Source: Verrucomicrobiia bacterium (GTDB lineage: Bacteria; Verrucomicrobiota; Verrucomicrobiia; Limisphaerales; JAEYXS01). From it: 64,000 bases of DNA. Position numbers and translations under genes: made by a program. Numbering within the stretch: position 1 is the first letter of the stretch; each line of letters begins with the position of its first letter. Positions 10,819 to 21,354 of the stretch are shown piece by piece. The stretch lies in contig DASWYF010000037.1 in NCBI GenBank assembly GCA_036405135.1, positions 90,016-154,015 on the forward strand, given 5' to 3'. The notes beneath the pieces were generated by a model, which was not told where the DNA came from, did no database searches, and worked only from the letters and a program-made list of their open reading frames with translations.

Positions 10819-11355
10819 ATGAATTCTATCGGCGAGAACCAGACGGAAGAACATCACCAGGACCTCCGGGGCCAAGACGCTGTCGGCAAGATTCGTGAAC
10901 TGGTGGATAAAGCCAAATCCTGCTTCTTCTGCACTGCTGCCAGCACAATTAATTCCATAGGTGCCCGACCAATGGCCGTGCAGGAAGTAGATGATGACGG
11001 CAACGTGTGGTTCCTGAGTGCGGAAGACAGCCATAAGAATGAGGAATTGGCACGCAATCCGCATGTGCGCCTCTATTTCCAAGGATCGCCTTACACAGAT
11101 TTCATGATCCTCGAGGGCAACGCCACGGCGTCACATGACAAGGCACGCATCCAAGACCTTTGGAACCCAACCATGAAAACGTGGTTCACCGAGGGGCAGA
11201 ATGATCCGCGCATCAGCATCATCAAATTCGAACCGTATGAGGGCTATTATTGGGATACCAAACACGGCATGGCCGTCGCCGGTATTAAAATGATTATTGG
11301 CGCTGCGATCGGGAAAACCCTGGATGATTCTGTGGAAGGTAAGCTGAAAGTGTAG
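10819..11355 (+). CDS. Pyridoxamine 5-prime-phosphate oxidase family / general stress protein 26-like
   Basis: ORF taken from the ATG at 10819. FCTAASTINSIGARPMAVQEVDDDGNVWFLS matches the PNPOx-like general stress protein family. Confidence 0.7.
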   Translation: MNSIGENQTEEHHQDLRGQDAVGKIRELVDKAKSCFFCTAASTINSIGARPMAVQEVDDDGNVWFLSAEDSHKNEELARNPHVRLYFQGSPYTDFMILEGNATASHDKARIQDLWNPTMKTWFTEGQNDPRISIIKFEPYEGYYWDTKHGMAVAGIKMIIGAAIGKTLDDSVEGKLKV

Positions 11356-11387
11356 TGATCAAAGCTGCTGATATTTTTGAGGCTTGG

Positions 11388-11933
11388 CTATTTCTCAGCC
11401 ACTCGTCCTAACTCCGCCAGCTTGAGCACCGTATTCCAATTCCGCGCCGTGTTCACCACTCCGATCCATTTATCGAACTTCTCCGCCATCTTGCTTCGGC
11501 CAAACCCGTGCGGTGTATGCAGAAACGCCACATCGCCCACAATCTCGATCTCCTCCCCCTTCACCGCACACGCACGAATCCGCTCCACATCTTCCTTCTT
11601 CGGCGCGCTCTCCAGTAACGCCGCATGCACTGACGTCGGCGCTTCCGCTGCATGCTTCGCAAACGGATTACACACGATCAAATCATCCCACTCCGCGAGT
11701 GTCGGTGCGAAGATCGCCTTGTCGAAATCGAATTCCTTGCGGCAGATGTCTGCGATGGTGGAGATGACCTGTTTGCGGCTCAGTCGGCTGCGGACGATGG
11801 CGTTGCCACTATTGATATAAGTAGCCACGTTTTCAAAACCCGCATCCGTAAGTTTCTCGCGCAACTGCTGGACGGGTAATTGCGTCTTCCCACCCACGCC
11901 CCGAAACAGGATGAGGTAAACCGTGCGCTTCAT
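11388..11933 (-). CDS. DUF1697 domain protein
   Basis: Start placed at the internal ATG (MKRTVYLILFRGVGGKTQL...). The longer ORF would overlap the upstream gene. The motif LFRGVGG...LTDAGFENVATYINSGN is typical of DUF1697. Confidence 0.75.
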   Translation of the reverse strand: MKRTVYLILFRGVGGKTQLPVQQLREKLTDAGFENVATYINSGNAIVRSRLSRKQVISTIADICRKEFDFDKAIFAPTLAEWDDLIVCNPFAKHAAEAPTSVHAALLESAPKKEDVERIRACAVKGEEIEIVGDVAFLHTPHGFGRSKMAEKFDKWIGVVNTARNWNTVLKLAELGRVAEK

Positions 11934-11953
11934 CGCTTGAAGATGTCCCGCTT

Positions 11954-13348
<1,395 letters not shown>

Positions 13349-13366
13349 GGTGCTTCTATAAGTATC

Positions 13367-15310
13367 TTACTGCAACCGGCGCTGAGTGAAAGGGTAACTT
13401 GTGACAATTTCCGCGATGACCGTCTGCATCCGGTAACCATCCTTTTCAACGGCCTCCATTATCTTATCCACCACGATCTCATCATACCCTTCGATCTGGC
13501 GGCACAAGGCATAAGCCATCAATTTCGAAGTCAGATTCCGCGCGAGATCATCCTTCCGATCCGCGATGAATACCTTCAATTCCTTCGGCTTGGTGAAACG
13601 CTTCCCGCCCGGCAACTCACCACCGGCATCAATCGGCCCACCGCTATCATCCTTATCCCGCCAGCGTCCAATGGCATCGAAGTTCTCCAATCCAAATCCG
13701 ATCGGATCGAGGATTTTGTGGCAATTCGCGCATGAGGCGTCCTTCCGATGCAACTCCGTGCGCTGCCGCAACGTCATGCTCTCGATTTTCTTCGCATCCT
13801 GTTTTTCTAATGACGGCACATTCGGCGGCGCAGGCGGCACATGCTCGCCCAGCACTTGTTCGAGCACCCATACACCGCGCAGCACCGGGCTGGTGCGGTT
13901 CGGGAACGACGTCGTCGCCAGCACACCCGGCATGCCGAGGATGCCACCGCGATTCGCATCTGTGAGCTTCACCTTGCGCATCTCGGGCCCCGTGACGCTC
14001 TTCTCCATCCCATACACCGTCGCGAGGGTGGCGTTCAGATACGTGTAATCACTGTCCACGAAATTCACCACGCTGCGATTCTCCCGCACGATGCTCTCGA
14101 AGAACAGGCGCGCCTCATCATACATCGCCGTGCGCATCGCGGGCGTCATCTGCGGGAACTTCGCCGCATCAAACGTCTTGTCCGCCAAGGCACCCAAGCC
14201 GAGCCACTGCGCGCCGAACCCATCGAACAACGCACGTGAACGCTGATCCGCCAACATGCGTTTCACTTGCGCCTTGAGTATCTCCGGCTCGTGAAGTTTC
14301 TTACCATCCGCGAGCGCGGACAGCTCGGCATCCGGCATCGTCGCCCAGATCAGATACGAGAGACGCGAAGCCAGTTGATAATCATCCAGCGGCACGATCT
14401 TGGTCCCCTTCTCCACTTCGCTCGCGGGCGTGATGAAGAGGAATTGCGGCGAAACCAAAATGCCCTTCAGCATCAGCCCGAGCGATGCCTGATAGGAAAA
14501 CTTGTTCTCCCGCCCGAGCGCGAACACCTGCATCAGCACATCCAATTCCGCCTCCGTAGGCGGACGCCGATACGCACTCCGCGCCAATGATCGAGCGACG
14601 TTCCGCGCCGCTTCTTTTTCACCTTTCGTCGAAGGTGTCTTGCCAAAGAGCCGCTTCTGCAACGCCGTTGGAGCTTTGCCATCCGGCGCAAGAATCTGTT
14701 CCAGCACCTTGTTCGCGATGCCGAGATATTGCTCCGATTGCAGCGGAGACAATGTATTCAGATAACCCGCGCCGAACACCTCATCCGGCAGCTCATGCGC
14801 GATGGACGCATCCACGCCGAAGAGATCGCGCAGCGTGTTCCCATATTCCATCTTCGTCAGGCGACGGATCACGAATTCACCGGGATCTTTCGGGCTGAGA
14901 TACTTGACCTGATTGATCCCGGCCAAAAACCTCTGACGCTCCTCCTCAGTCGGCTGCTTGTCCTCGTCCTCCGGCGGCATGTCATGCGTCTTTACACTCC
15001 CGACCGATTGTTTCCAGCGGACGACCGAAGCAGGGTCACCCGGATTCTTGAGGGCGAACTCGAGGTTGATCCCACCCCTTTGCCGCTTGATGCCGTGGCA
15101 TTTGGCGCAGTAGTTCCTGATGAACAGATCGACATCATCCTTGAAAACCTTTTTGGCCTCCGCCTGCAACGCCGCAAAGTCCTTGTCTTCCACCACCGCC
15201 GGAGCCGCCCCTGACGCCGCGCCATGGCAAGGCGCAACCATGGCCAAGGCCATCGCGAAAAGAGCCATCGCCTTCACACCCGTCCTAAAAACACTGGACA
15301 TTCTCATCAT
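13367..15310 (-). CDS. DUF1592/DUF1588/DUF1585-family secreted protein with cytochrome-c-like CxxCH motifs
   Basis: 647-aa ORF with a signal peptide. It has CAKCHG near the N-terminus and [26 protein letters not shown] near the C-terminus, characteristic of the planctomycete PSCyt/PSD domain set. Confidence 0.8.
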   Translation of the reverse strand: MMRMSSVFRTGVKAMALFAMALAMVAPCHGAASGAAPAVVEDKDFAALQAEAKKVFKDDVDLFIRNYCAKCHGIKRQRGGINLEFALKNPGDPASVVRWKQSVGSVKTHDMPPEDEDKQPTEEERQRFLAGINQVKYLSPKDPGEFVIRRLTKMEYGNTLRDLFGVDASIAHELPDEVFGAGYLNTLSPLQSEQYLGIANKVLEQILAPDGKAPTALQKRLFGKTPSTKGEKEAARNVARSLARSAYRRPPTEAELDVLMQVFALGRENKFSYQASLGLMLKGILVSPQFLFITPASEVEKGTKIVPLDDYQLASRLSYLIWATMPDAELSALADGKKLHEPEILKAQVKRMLADQRSRALFDGFGAQWLGLGALADKTFDAAKFPQMTPAMRTAMYDEARLFFESIVRENRSVVNFVDSDYTYLNATLATVYGMEKSVTGPEMRKVKLTDANRGGILGMPGVLATTSFPNRTSPVLRGVWVLEQVLGEHVPPAPPNVPSLEKQDAKKIESMTLRQRTELHRKDASCANCHKILDPIGFGLENFDAIGRWRDKDDSGGPIDAGGELPGGKRFTKPKELKVFIADRKDDLARNLTSKLMAYALCRQIEGYDEIVVDKIMEAVEKDGYRMQTVIAEIVTSYPFTQRRLQ

Positions 15311-15470
15311 TGGAAGCCCGCACTATCAGGAATATTCAAGGGATGCTCAATCATTATTCGGGGACTCATGATCAAGGTGCTGAGTCTCGTTTGGGGATTG
15401 CCGACGAGGCCGATATCCATTACCGTTTTTGGCGATCTATCACCCTATAAGGCGTTGCTACGCGTATCTC

Positions 15471-16787
15471 ATGAAAAAAGTTTCCATCAACCCATCTGCC
15501 AACAGCGCCATCACAAAATTGACCTCTCGCCGCTCTTTCCTCAAAACCTCCGGCTTGGCGCTCGGTGCGCTCAGCATCCAGGGAATCGCCCAGACGACCA
15601 AGCCCCAGAAAACCGTCTTACTGCATTGCGGTTGGGCGACGAAGAACATCGGCGATGTCGGCCACACACCGGGCACTTTGCGCTTCCTGGAGCAGCATCT
15701 GCCGCAGGTGAAGGTCATCCTCTGGGCCGCCAATACCAACGCGCAAGTGGACGCCATGCTCATGAAGCGCTTCCCCAAGCTGGAGATCGTGAAGGGTTCG
15801 CTTTCCGAAAAAGACGGTCCGGTCCAGCAGGCGGTCAACCGCGCCGATTTCTTCCTTCGGGGTCCCGGCATGGGACAGGACACCACGTTCATGGCCTACT
15901 GCCGCAAGATCGGCAAACCTTGGGGTCTGCAAGGCCAGTCCTATTTCCCGGACATGGTCACGGGTCCCAAGGGAGCGGATAACATCGCCCTCCTGAATAG
16001 CGCCGCTTACATCTATTGCCGCGACTCCAAGACGCTCAAGATGCTCAAGGAAGTTGGAGTAAAGCCGCCCGTACTCGAATTCGGTCCGGATGGCTGCTTC
16101 GGCATCGACGTGCGCGATGAGGAGAAAGCGCTTGCGCGGATGAAGAAGCATGGTTTGGAACCGAAGAAATTTATTACCCTCCAGCTCCGCACGCATACGC
16201 CCAGCAGCCCAGGCGTGGATGACAAGCGGCCGCAGAAACTTAATCCGTTGAATCCGACGCCGGAAAATATCGCCGACGACAAGCGCCGCGCGAAAGTCTA
16301 TCAGGATCTCATCGCCATGTGGGTCAAGGAAACGGGCTGGAAAGTGGTCATCGCACCAGAGGTCTTCAAGGAGATGGAGTATAACAAAAAGTTCGTCTAT
16401 GACCCGCTGCCGGACAACTTGAAGAAGCACGTGGTGAACTTGGACGATTTCTGGGCTGTTGATGAGGCGTGCTCATTCTATGCGCGCGCTCACACAGTGA
16501 TCTGCCATGAGCCGCACACGCCGATCATGGCGCTGGCAATGGGCACTCCCATGATGCACACCTTCTCCGAGTTCCACTCGCCGAAATGCTGGATGTTCAA
16601 GGATATCGGCTTGGAGGGATGGGCACCTGAATTCGACAGCACGCCAGCGACGAAAATGTTCGAGATACTCATGGGAATACATAAGGACTACCCGGCGGCG
16701 CAGGCTCAGGTGAAGCAGGCCATGGCATACGTGGAAGAGAGGTCAGCGGCGCAAATGAAGGTGTTGAAGAAGGTCATCGGTGCGTGA
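15471..16787 (+). CDS. Polysaccharide pyruvyl transferase-like protein with Tat-type leader
   Basis: ATG at 15471 (MKKVSIN...SRRSFLKTSGLALGA). WATKNIGDVGHTPG resembles the NxGD motif of pyruvyl transferases. The family call is tentative. Confidence 0.5.
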   Translation: MKKVSINPSANSAITKLTSRRSFLKTSGLALGALSIQGIAQTTKPQKTVLLHCGWATKNIGDVGHTPGTLRFLEQHLPQVKVILWAANTNAQVDAMLMKRFPKLEIVKGSLSEKDGPVQQAVNRADFFLRGPGMGQDTTFMAYCRKIGKPWGLQGQSYFPDMVTGPKGADNIALLNSAAYIYCRDSKTLKMLKEVGVKPPVLEFGPDGCFGIDVRDEEKALARMKKHGLEPKKFITLQLRTHTPSSPGVDDKRPQKLNPLNPTPENIADDKRRAKVYQDLIAMWVKETGWKVVIAPEVFKEMEYNKKFVYDPLPDNLKKHVVNLDDFWAVDEACSFYARAHTVICHEPHTPIMALAMGTPMMHTFSEFHSPKCWMFKDIGLEGWAPEFDSTPATKMFEILMGIHKDYPAAQAQVKQAMAYVEERSAAQMKVLKKVIGA

Positions 16788-16838
16788 AAGCAAACTGACG
16801 TCAGAAGAATACTCTGAAAGTAAAGTTCAGCCAACTGA

Positions 16839-16980
16839 TGGAGGCGAGGGGCTGAATTGCTCGAGAACCCATGCATTCAGAAGAAAAACCGGGAAACCGA
16901 ATTTTTCCAAGGAATCAAGCTGTATCTCATCTAATCCTCCTTAATCAGGTTTCAGAAATTTGATGCACGTTTTGGGGCGC
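16839..16980 (+). repeat. Intergenic repeat family, copy A
   Basis: It has a tRNA-3-prime-end-like core TGGAGGCGAGGGGCTGAATTG (16839-16859). GGAATCAAGCTG starts at 16911, followed by TAATC motifs and a degenerate tandem TTTGATGCACGTTTTGGGGCGC (16959-16980). By eye it aligns along its length with copy D. Confidence 0.75.
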
Positions 16981-17118
16981 ATTCACCGGGCCAGCTCTGA
17001 TATTTTAGAGCGGCTAAAAAAATGATGTTGCCGGGTGGAGTGAGGATTTTTTGGGTTCTGACGAAACTTTGGCGAGGAGCAGGGTTGGCAATCGATCATT
17101 CCATAAGTGTAGGCAATC

Positions 17119-20100
17119 TCACATCAGTATTTCATCCACCTTGGTCGCCTTTCGGAAGCGTGCTGCTGGCGAGTTGTGGCTGGCAAGCTCAGCAAAATGC
17201 GCTTCGCCACACTTGATCTTAGCGCTTTCTTTGTCGCGAAGGTCATCAGTGAAGAGGCTGCTCTTGGTTTCAACTACCAAATAAAGCCGTTCTGTGCCGT
17301 CTCTATCCACTAGGATTGCCCAGTCCGGGTTGTAGGGACCCAGAGGTGTGGGAACTTTGAACCAACTTGGGAGCTTGGCGTAAACCTTGATAGCTTCGTT
17401 TTTTTCCAACTGCTCCGCGAAATTGCGCTCGGTATCGGATTGGTAGATGACCTGTTCGTGGACGCTCTTGCCAGCATCAATCATGGACTTCAGATATCCG
17501 GTCAGTTCTTCGGTCTCGAAAAGTTGCTGGGCGTAGTATTCCTCGGCTCCGATACGCTGGTATTTGATGCCGTCCACCAGTGCCATACGCTTACTGCGGT
17601 TGATGATTTCGGCGGCCAGTTCGATGAACTGTTGGGGATTGCGTTTGAAATCATCAAGCCGCCCGCTGTTCACGAGGATGCGATGGATGCTTCGACGAGT
17701 AAGCGAGGTTTTGTCCTGGAGATCGGTAAGGATGTCCGGCAACTCGATGTCGCCTTCGTCGAGGGTCACCGGGGCCGAGGTGGCCGTCTCCTTCGTGTCC
17801 ACGCCCGAACGTCCGATGGCGAGGTCGGCTTTACGCCATTGCAGACGGGTCTTGGCGATCAGGAAATTCGGATCTTTCAAAGCCTTAATGCAGGTCGTCA
17901 GCAAGGCTTCGTTGTCGAACTGCACGCGGTAGGTGGTTTTATGTTTGATACGATCCCACAATGCTTTGAACTCCGCTCCTTGCAGCACCGCCTGACGAGT
18001 CTTCACCTGCTTGCGCTCGTCGGCGTTCTTTATCTCCAGGCGTCCGGCCAGCTTGCGTAGGATTTCCTTCACCTGCGGCAGATGATCTGTGAATGGTTCC
18101 GGCAAGGTTAGTGTCCCGTTCTTGAGGGCCGTGCGCAGGGCGTCCTGTATTTTGCCTTGAGCGTTGACGAGGCCGGTGGTTCTTAGATGTTCCCACAGGA
18201 CTTTCGATTGGTCAAAACCCAGGGGCGCGGGCTGGCCGTCGGCTCCTGTGACGGTAATGCCGGCAAATTGATGCGTTTCCACGATCCCGAAACGGATGCC
18301 CGTCTCTTCCTCGATTTCTTTCTGGAGGCTCTCGGCGAACTGTTCGTAGCTCTCGGTCGCGATGACTGTCAACGTGTTGACCTCGAACCCGCGTAAGCGT
18401 TCGCCTTGCTGGTTCACGCAAAGACGCAGGCCGCGTCCAATGGTCTGGCGACGTTGCTGTTCGGAGGACATCTCACGCAGGGCGCAGATCTGGAAGACGT
18501 TCGGATTGTCCCAGCCCTCGCGCAGGGCGGAGTGGGAAAAGATGAACTTTAGCGGCGTCTCGAAGCTCAGGAGCTTCTCTTTGTCCCGCATGATGAGGCT
18601 GTAGGTGTCGTCGTCGGCTGCTGTGGTGCCCTTGGTGTCTTTCAATACTTCTACTGTCTTTGACCCAATTTTCTTCTTATCGACCGAAAAATACCCATTG
18701 TGAACCTCCTCAGCAGAGGTTTTCATATCCACCTCCTTGAAAAGACTTTGGTAGTCGGGGTGCTTCGCTAGCCGGCGGTATTCCTCTTCAAAGATGCGGG
18801 CGTAGTCACCCTTCACCGGGTTGCCTTCGGCATCGTATTGCCGGTATTTCTCCACGGAATCGATGAAGAACAGGCTCAAAACCTTTATGCCTTGCGGCGC
18901 GAGGCGCTTTTCCTTGTCGAGGTGCTCCTTGATGGTGCGGTGGATCATCTGGCGTTGCACCGTCAGCGGTTCTACGTCGCCGTAGGCTTGGCCAGGGCGA
19001 AGGTATTGTTCACCTCCCGGATAGCGCAGTTCGAGAAACTCATCACCTTTGGCTACTCGGATTTCGCCCACCCGGCAGTCGTGATACACAGGCCGGCCCG
19101 TGGTCATTTCCAGATTATCTCCATCCTGCACAATCACTTCTTTGCGTGTTACGCCAGTTTTTGCCTGCGTATCCAGCTCCACTTTCGCGGTGATAACGCC
19201 TTTCTTGTTGCTGACCGACAGCAAGCGCACATACGGCTTGTTGTGTCCGCCTTCCACCGAGGCAGCGGCCACCTCGATCTGCTTCACCAGCTTGCGCTCG
19301 TAAGCGTCCACCGCATCGAGTTTAAAAATCATGTGATGCGCCTCGCGCGGCGTCGCGGAGTAGCGCAGGTTGCAGAGCGGGTTCATACGCTCCATGGCCT
19401 TTTTGCCTTTGCCGTCCAGGCCGCCTTCGACGCTTTGCGGCTCATCCACGATGAGGATAGGACGCGTGGCCCGGATCAAGTCGATGGGTTTTTCGCCGCC
19501 GGTCTTCTCGCTGGGGCGATACATCACGTTCTTCGATTTCTCGCGGCGGGCCGCTTCGTCTGCTTCCTCGGACTGCGCGGCCTGTTCGTCGCCGAACTTG
19601 TTGATGGCGCCGACGGTCATCACCATGATCTGGATCTGTGGACTGGTGGCAAAGTTGCGCACCTGTCCCAGCTTCGCCGAGTCATACAGGAAAAAGTCGA
19701 ACGGCACGCCCGCATAGAGCGCCTTGAGGTGTTCCGCCGCCGTCTCGATGGTGTGATACACGCCCTCTTTGATCGCCACCGAGGGAACCACGATGACGAA
19801 CTTGGTGAAGCCATAGCGTTTGTTCAGCTCAAAGACGGTGCGCAGATAGACGTAGGTCTTCCCGGTGCCGGTCTCCATCTCCACGGTGAAATCGCCCGAG
19901 GCGAGCGAGGCCGAGGGCGCAAGGCCGTGGCGGAGCTGGATGGCATGCAGGTTCGCTAACAGCTCATCATCCAGCAGGGTCAGCCGGTTGCCGATGCCCA
20001 GATCATTTTCGGCAAAGGCCATGCGGGCCTGAGCGTCAGCTCCGTCCCGAGTTACGGTGAACTCCGTGCGGCACATCTCCTGGCCGCGGAAGAGATCGCA

Positions 20101-20190
20101 GACCGCTTCGATGGCTTGGATCTGGTAGTCGAGGTTGGGCTCGAAGTGCAGTTTCATGGTGGTCACTTCCAGAGGGTATGATTGCGCCAA
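17119..20190 (-). CDS. res: Type III restriction enzyme Res subunit (helicase-nuclease)
   Basis: 1023-aa ORF. It has a Walker A motif METGTGKTYVY and a DEAH-like motif ILIVDEPQSV. The C-terminal PD-(D/E)xK-like segment is YNPDWAILV...LYLVVETKSS. It is co-oriented with a Mod-type methylase. Confidence 0.9.
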   Translation of the reverse strand: MAQSYPLEVTTMKLHFEPNLDYQIQAIEAVCDLFRGQEMCRTEFTVTRDGADAQARMAFAENDLGIGNRLTLLDDELLANLHAIQLRHGLAPSASLASGDFTVEMETGTGKTYVYLRTVFELNKRYGFTKFVIVVPSVAIKEGVYHTIETAAEHLKALYAGVPFDFFLYDSAKLGQVRNFATSPQIQIMVMTVGAINKFGDEQAAQSEEADEAARREKSKNVMYRPSEKTGGEKPIDLIRATRPILIVDEPQSVEGGLDGKGKKAMERMNPLCNLRYSATPREAHHMIFKLDAVDAYERKLVKQIEVAAASVEGGHNKPYVRLLSVSNKKGVITAKVELDTQAKTGVTRKEVIVQDGDNLEMTTGRPVYHDCRVGEIRVAKGDEFLELRYPGGEQYLRPGQAYGDVEPLTVQRQMIHRTIKEHLDKEKRLAPQGIKVLSLFFIDSVEKYRQYDAEGNPVKGDYARIFEEEYRRLAKHPDYQSLFKEVDMKTSAEEVHNGYFSVDKKKIGSKTVEVLKDTKGTTAADDDTYSLIMRDKEKLLSFETPLKFIFSHSALREGWDNPNVFQICALREMSSEQQRRQTIGRGLRLCVNQQGERLRGFEVNTLTVIATESYEQFAESLQKEIEEETGIRFGIVETHQFAGITVTGADGQPAPLGFDQSKVLWEHLRTTGLVNAQGKIQDALRTALKNGTLTLPEPFTDHLPQVKEILRKLAGRLEIKNADERKQVKTRQAVLQGAEFKALWDRIKHKTTYRVQFDNEALLTTCIKALKDPNFLIAKTRLQWRKADLAIGRSGVDTKETATSAPVTLDEGDIELPDILTDLQDKTSLTRRSIHRILVNSGRLDDFKRNPQQFIELAAEIINRSKRMALVDGIKYQRIGAEEYYAQQLFETEELTGYLKSMIDAGKSVHEQVIYQSDTERNFAEQLEKNEAIKVYAKLPSWFKVPTPLGPYNPDWAILVDRDGTERLYLVVETKSSLFTDDLRDKESAKIKCGEAHFAELASHNSPAARFRKATKVDEILM

Positions 20191-21137
20191 TCGGGCGGCA
20201 GGCCCATTTCGGCAAGCGGGATTTCAGGAAATTCGTCGAACAAGGCGAAGAGCCGGGTGCGCCATCTGGTGGTGGTGCTTACCTTGCCCAGCCAGAAATG
20301 GCAGACGGTCAGCATCAGTCCCACGCGGTCATTGGCGAAACCTGGTTGAACATGCCAGTCGGGATTCTTTCTTTTACCTGGCACGGATGGCTTCACGCCG
20401 AATACACGATTCCAGATACGGGCGTGATGCGCACAGGCATTGCGCAGCGTGAAGATGGCTTTTGTCCATGACAGCAATTGCTCGTCCGTGAACTGGTAGT
20501 TTGCCGCCACCTGTTTGATCAGGGACCGGTCAATTCCATAGGCGAGCTGCATTACGGTCTCACATGTCATGAGCTCACAGGCCATCCAGAGGGGCAGATA
20601 TTTGTGATCGGTACCGTAATTTATGTCGAAGTGTTTTACGAAAGCATCGCTTGAACGACGTTTTTCGTTGGAGAGCTTGCCCAGCCAAAGCTGGTATTCA
20701 GTCCTTTCCAGTCCCTTTAGACTCACCAGGGATTTCAAATTCCGCAAGCAACGTGACCAGAGCGCCTTTTTTTTGAACCCGGGAAGATTCCCCTCATTGA
20801 GGTACCCAAACGGGCCATGCACACGGACAAAGGTGAAAACGATTTGGGTTCGCACCGAAACTTCAATCCGCTCGATGGCGTCCAGCAGCAACATCCGCAG
20901 ACGCCGGTCAAAATTGTATCGCCGCCAAACGAGGTTAAAGTCGGTGCCGGGATGGAAAGTGTCGGTGGGTTTTCCGGCGCTGTCTCGAATCCGGAAAGGG
21001 TATAAGTAACCGCTCAGCCGGTAGTAATTCACCGCCTTGAGCCGGGCAATCAGCTCGTCACGATTGGCGACCAATCCCCTTTTTAGAAGCAGATCGGCTT
21101 GGTCTTCGAGTGAAAGCGCGTGCTTGGCATAAATCAT
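20163..21137 (-). CDS. Abi_2 (AbiD/AbiF-like) abortive infection family protein
   Basis: 324-aa ORF with the Abi_2-type N-terminus (LLKRGL...LKAVNYYRLSGYLYPF). There is a good Shine-Dalgarno sequence (AAGGTGG) upstream. Its 3-prime end overlaps the res start by 28 nt. Confidence 0.8.
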   Translation of the reverse strand: MIYAKHALSLEDQADLLLKRGLVANRDELIARLKAVNYYRLSGYLYPFRIRDSAGKPTDTFHPGTDFNLVWRRYNFDRRLRMLLLDAIERIEVSVRTQIVFTFVRVHGPFGYLNEGNLPGFKKKALWSRCLRNLKSLVSLKGLERTEYQLWLGKLSNEKRRSSDAFVKHFDINYGTDHKYLPLWMACELMTCETVMQLAYGIDRSLIKQVAANYQFTDEQLLSWTKAIFTLRNACAHHARIWNRVFGVKPSVPGKRKNPDWHVQPGFANDRVGLMLTVCHFWLGKVSTTTRWRTRLFALFDEFPEIPLAEMGLPPDWRNHTLWK

Positions 21138-21174
21138 TCGCTGCCACCTTTCATGGAAAGCGTCGAATCAGGGC

Positions 21175-21217
21175 AAAAAAAGAGCCGCCGAATTGCGCAT
21201 GCAAGCAGAGGCGCGGC
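21175..21217 (-). terminator. Terminator-like hairpin plus T7 run between mod and abi
   Basis: On the minus strand, GCCGC...(inner TTGC-ATGC-GCAA)...GCGGC is followed by TCTTTTTTT. The plus-strand A7 is at 21175-21181. It lies in the 217-nt mod-abi gap. Confidence 0.4.
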
Positions 21218-21354
21218 AGCTATGATGTAGATACATTGCCTTGTCACTGGCCACTCGTCAATACCTGATCCAATCACGCAACGCATGTTCTCAAGGGTTG
21301 TTTCCTGAGTGTTTTCCGGGATTCCCCTAAGTATCTTGTTGGCAGTCAGTTGCA

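Noticed and set aside
15224-15982. A 252-aa plus-strand ORF spanning the divergent intergenic region and the 5-prime part of the pyruvyl-transferase-like gene.
   Set aside because: It is out of frame with the better-supported 15471..16787 ORF (Tat leader, family motif), and its translation is low-complexity.
16839-16915. A complete tRNA gene at the tRNA-like cores of repeat copies A, C and D.
   Set aside because: Only the last ~20 nt resemble a T-loop to acceptor end. The complementary 5-prime acceptor strand is absent at the expected distance in all copies, so these are at most att-type fragments.
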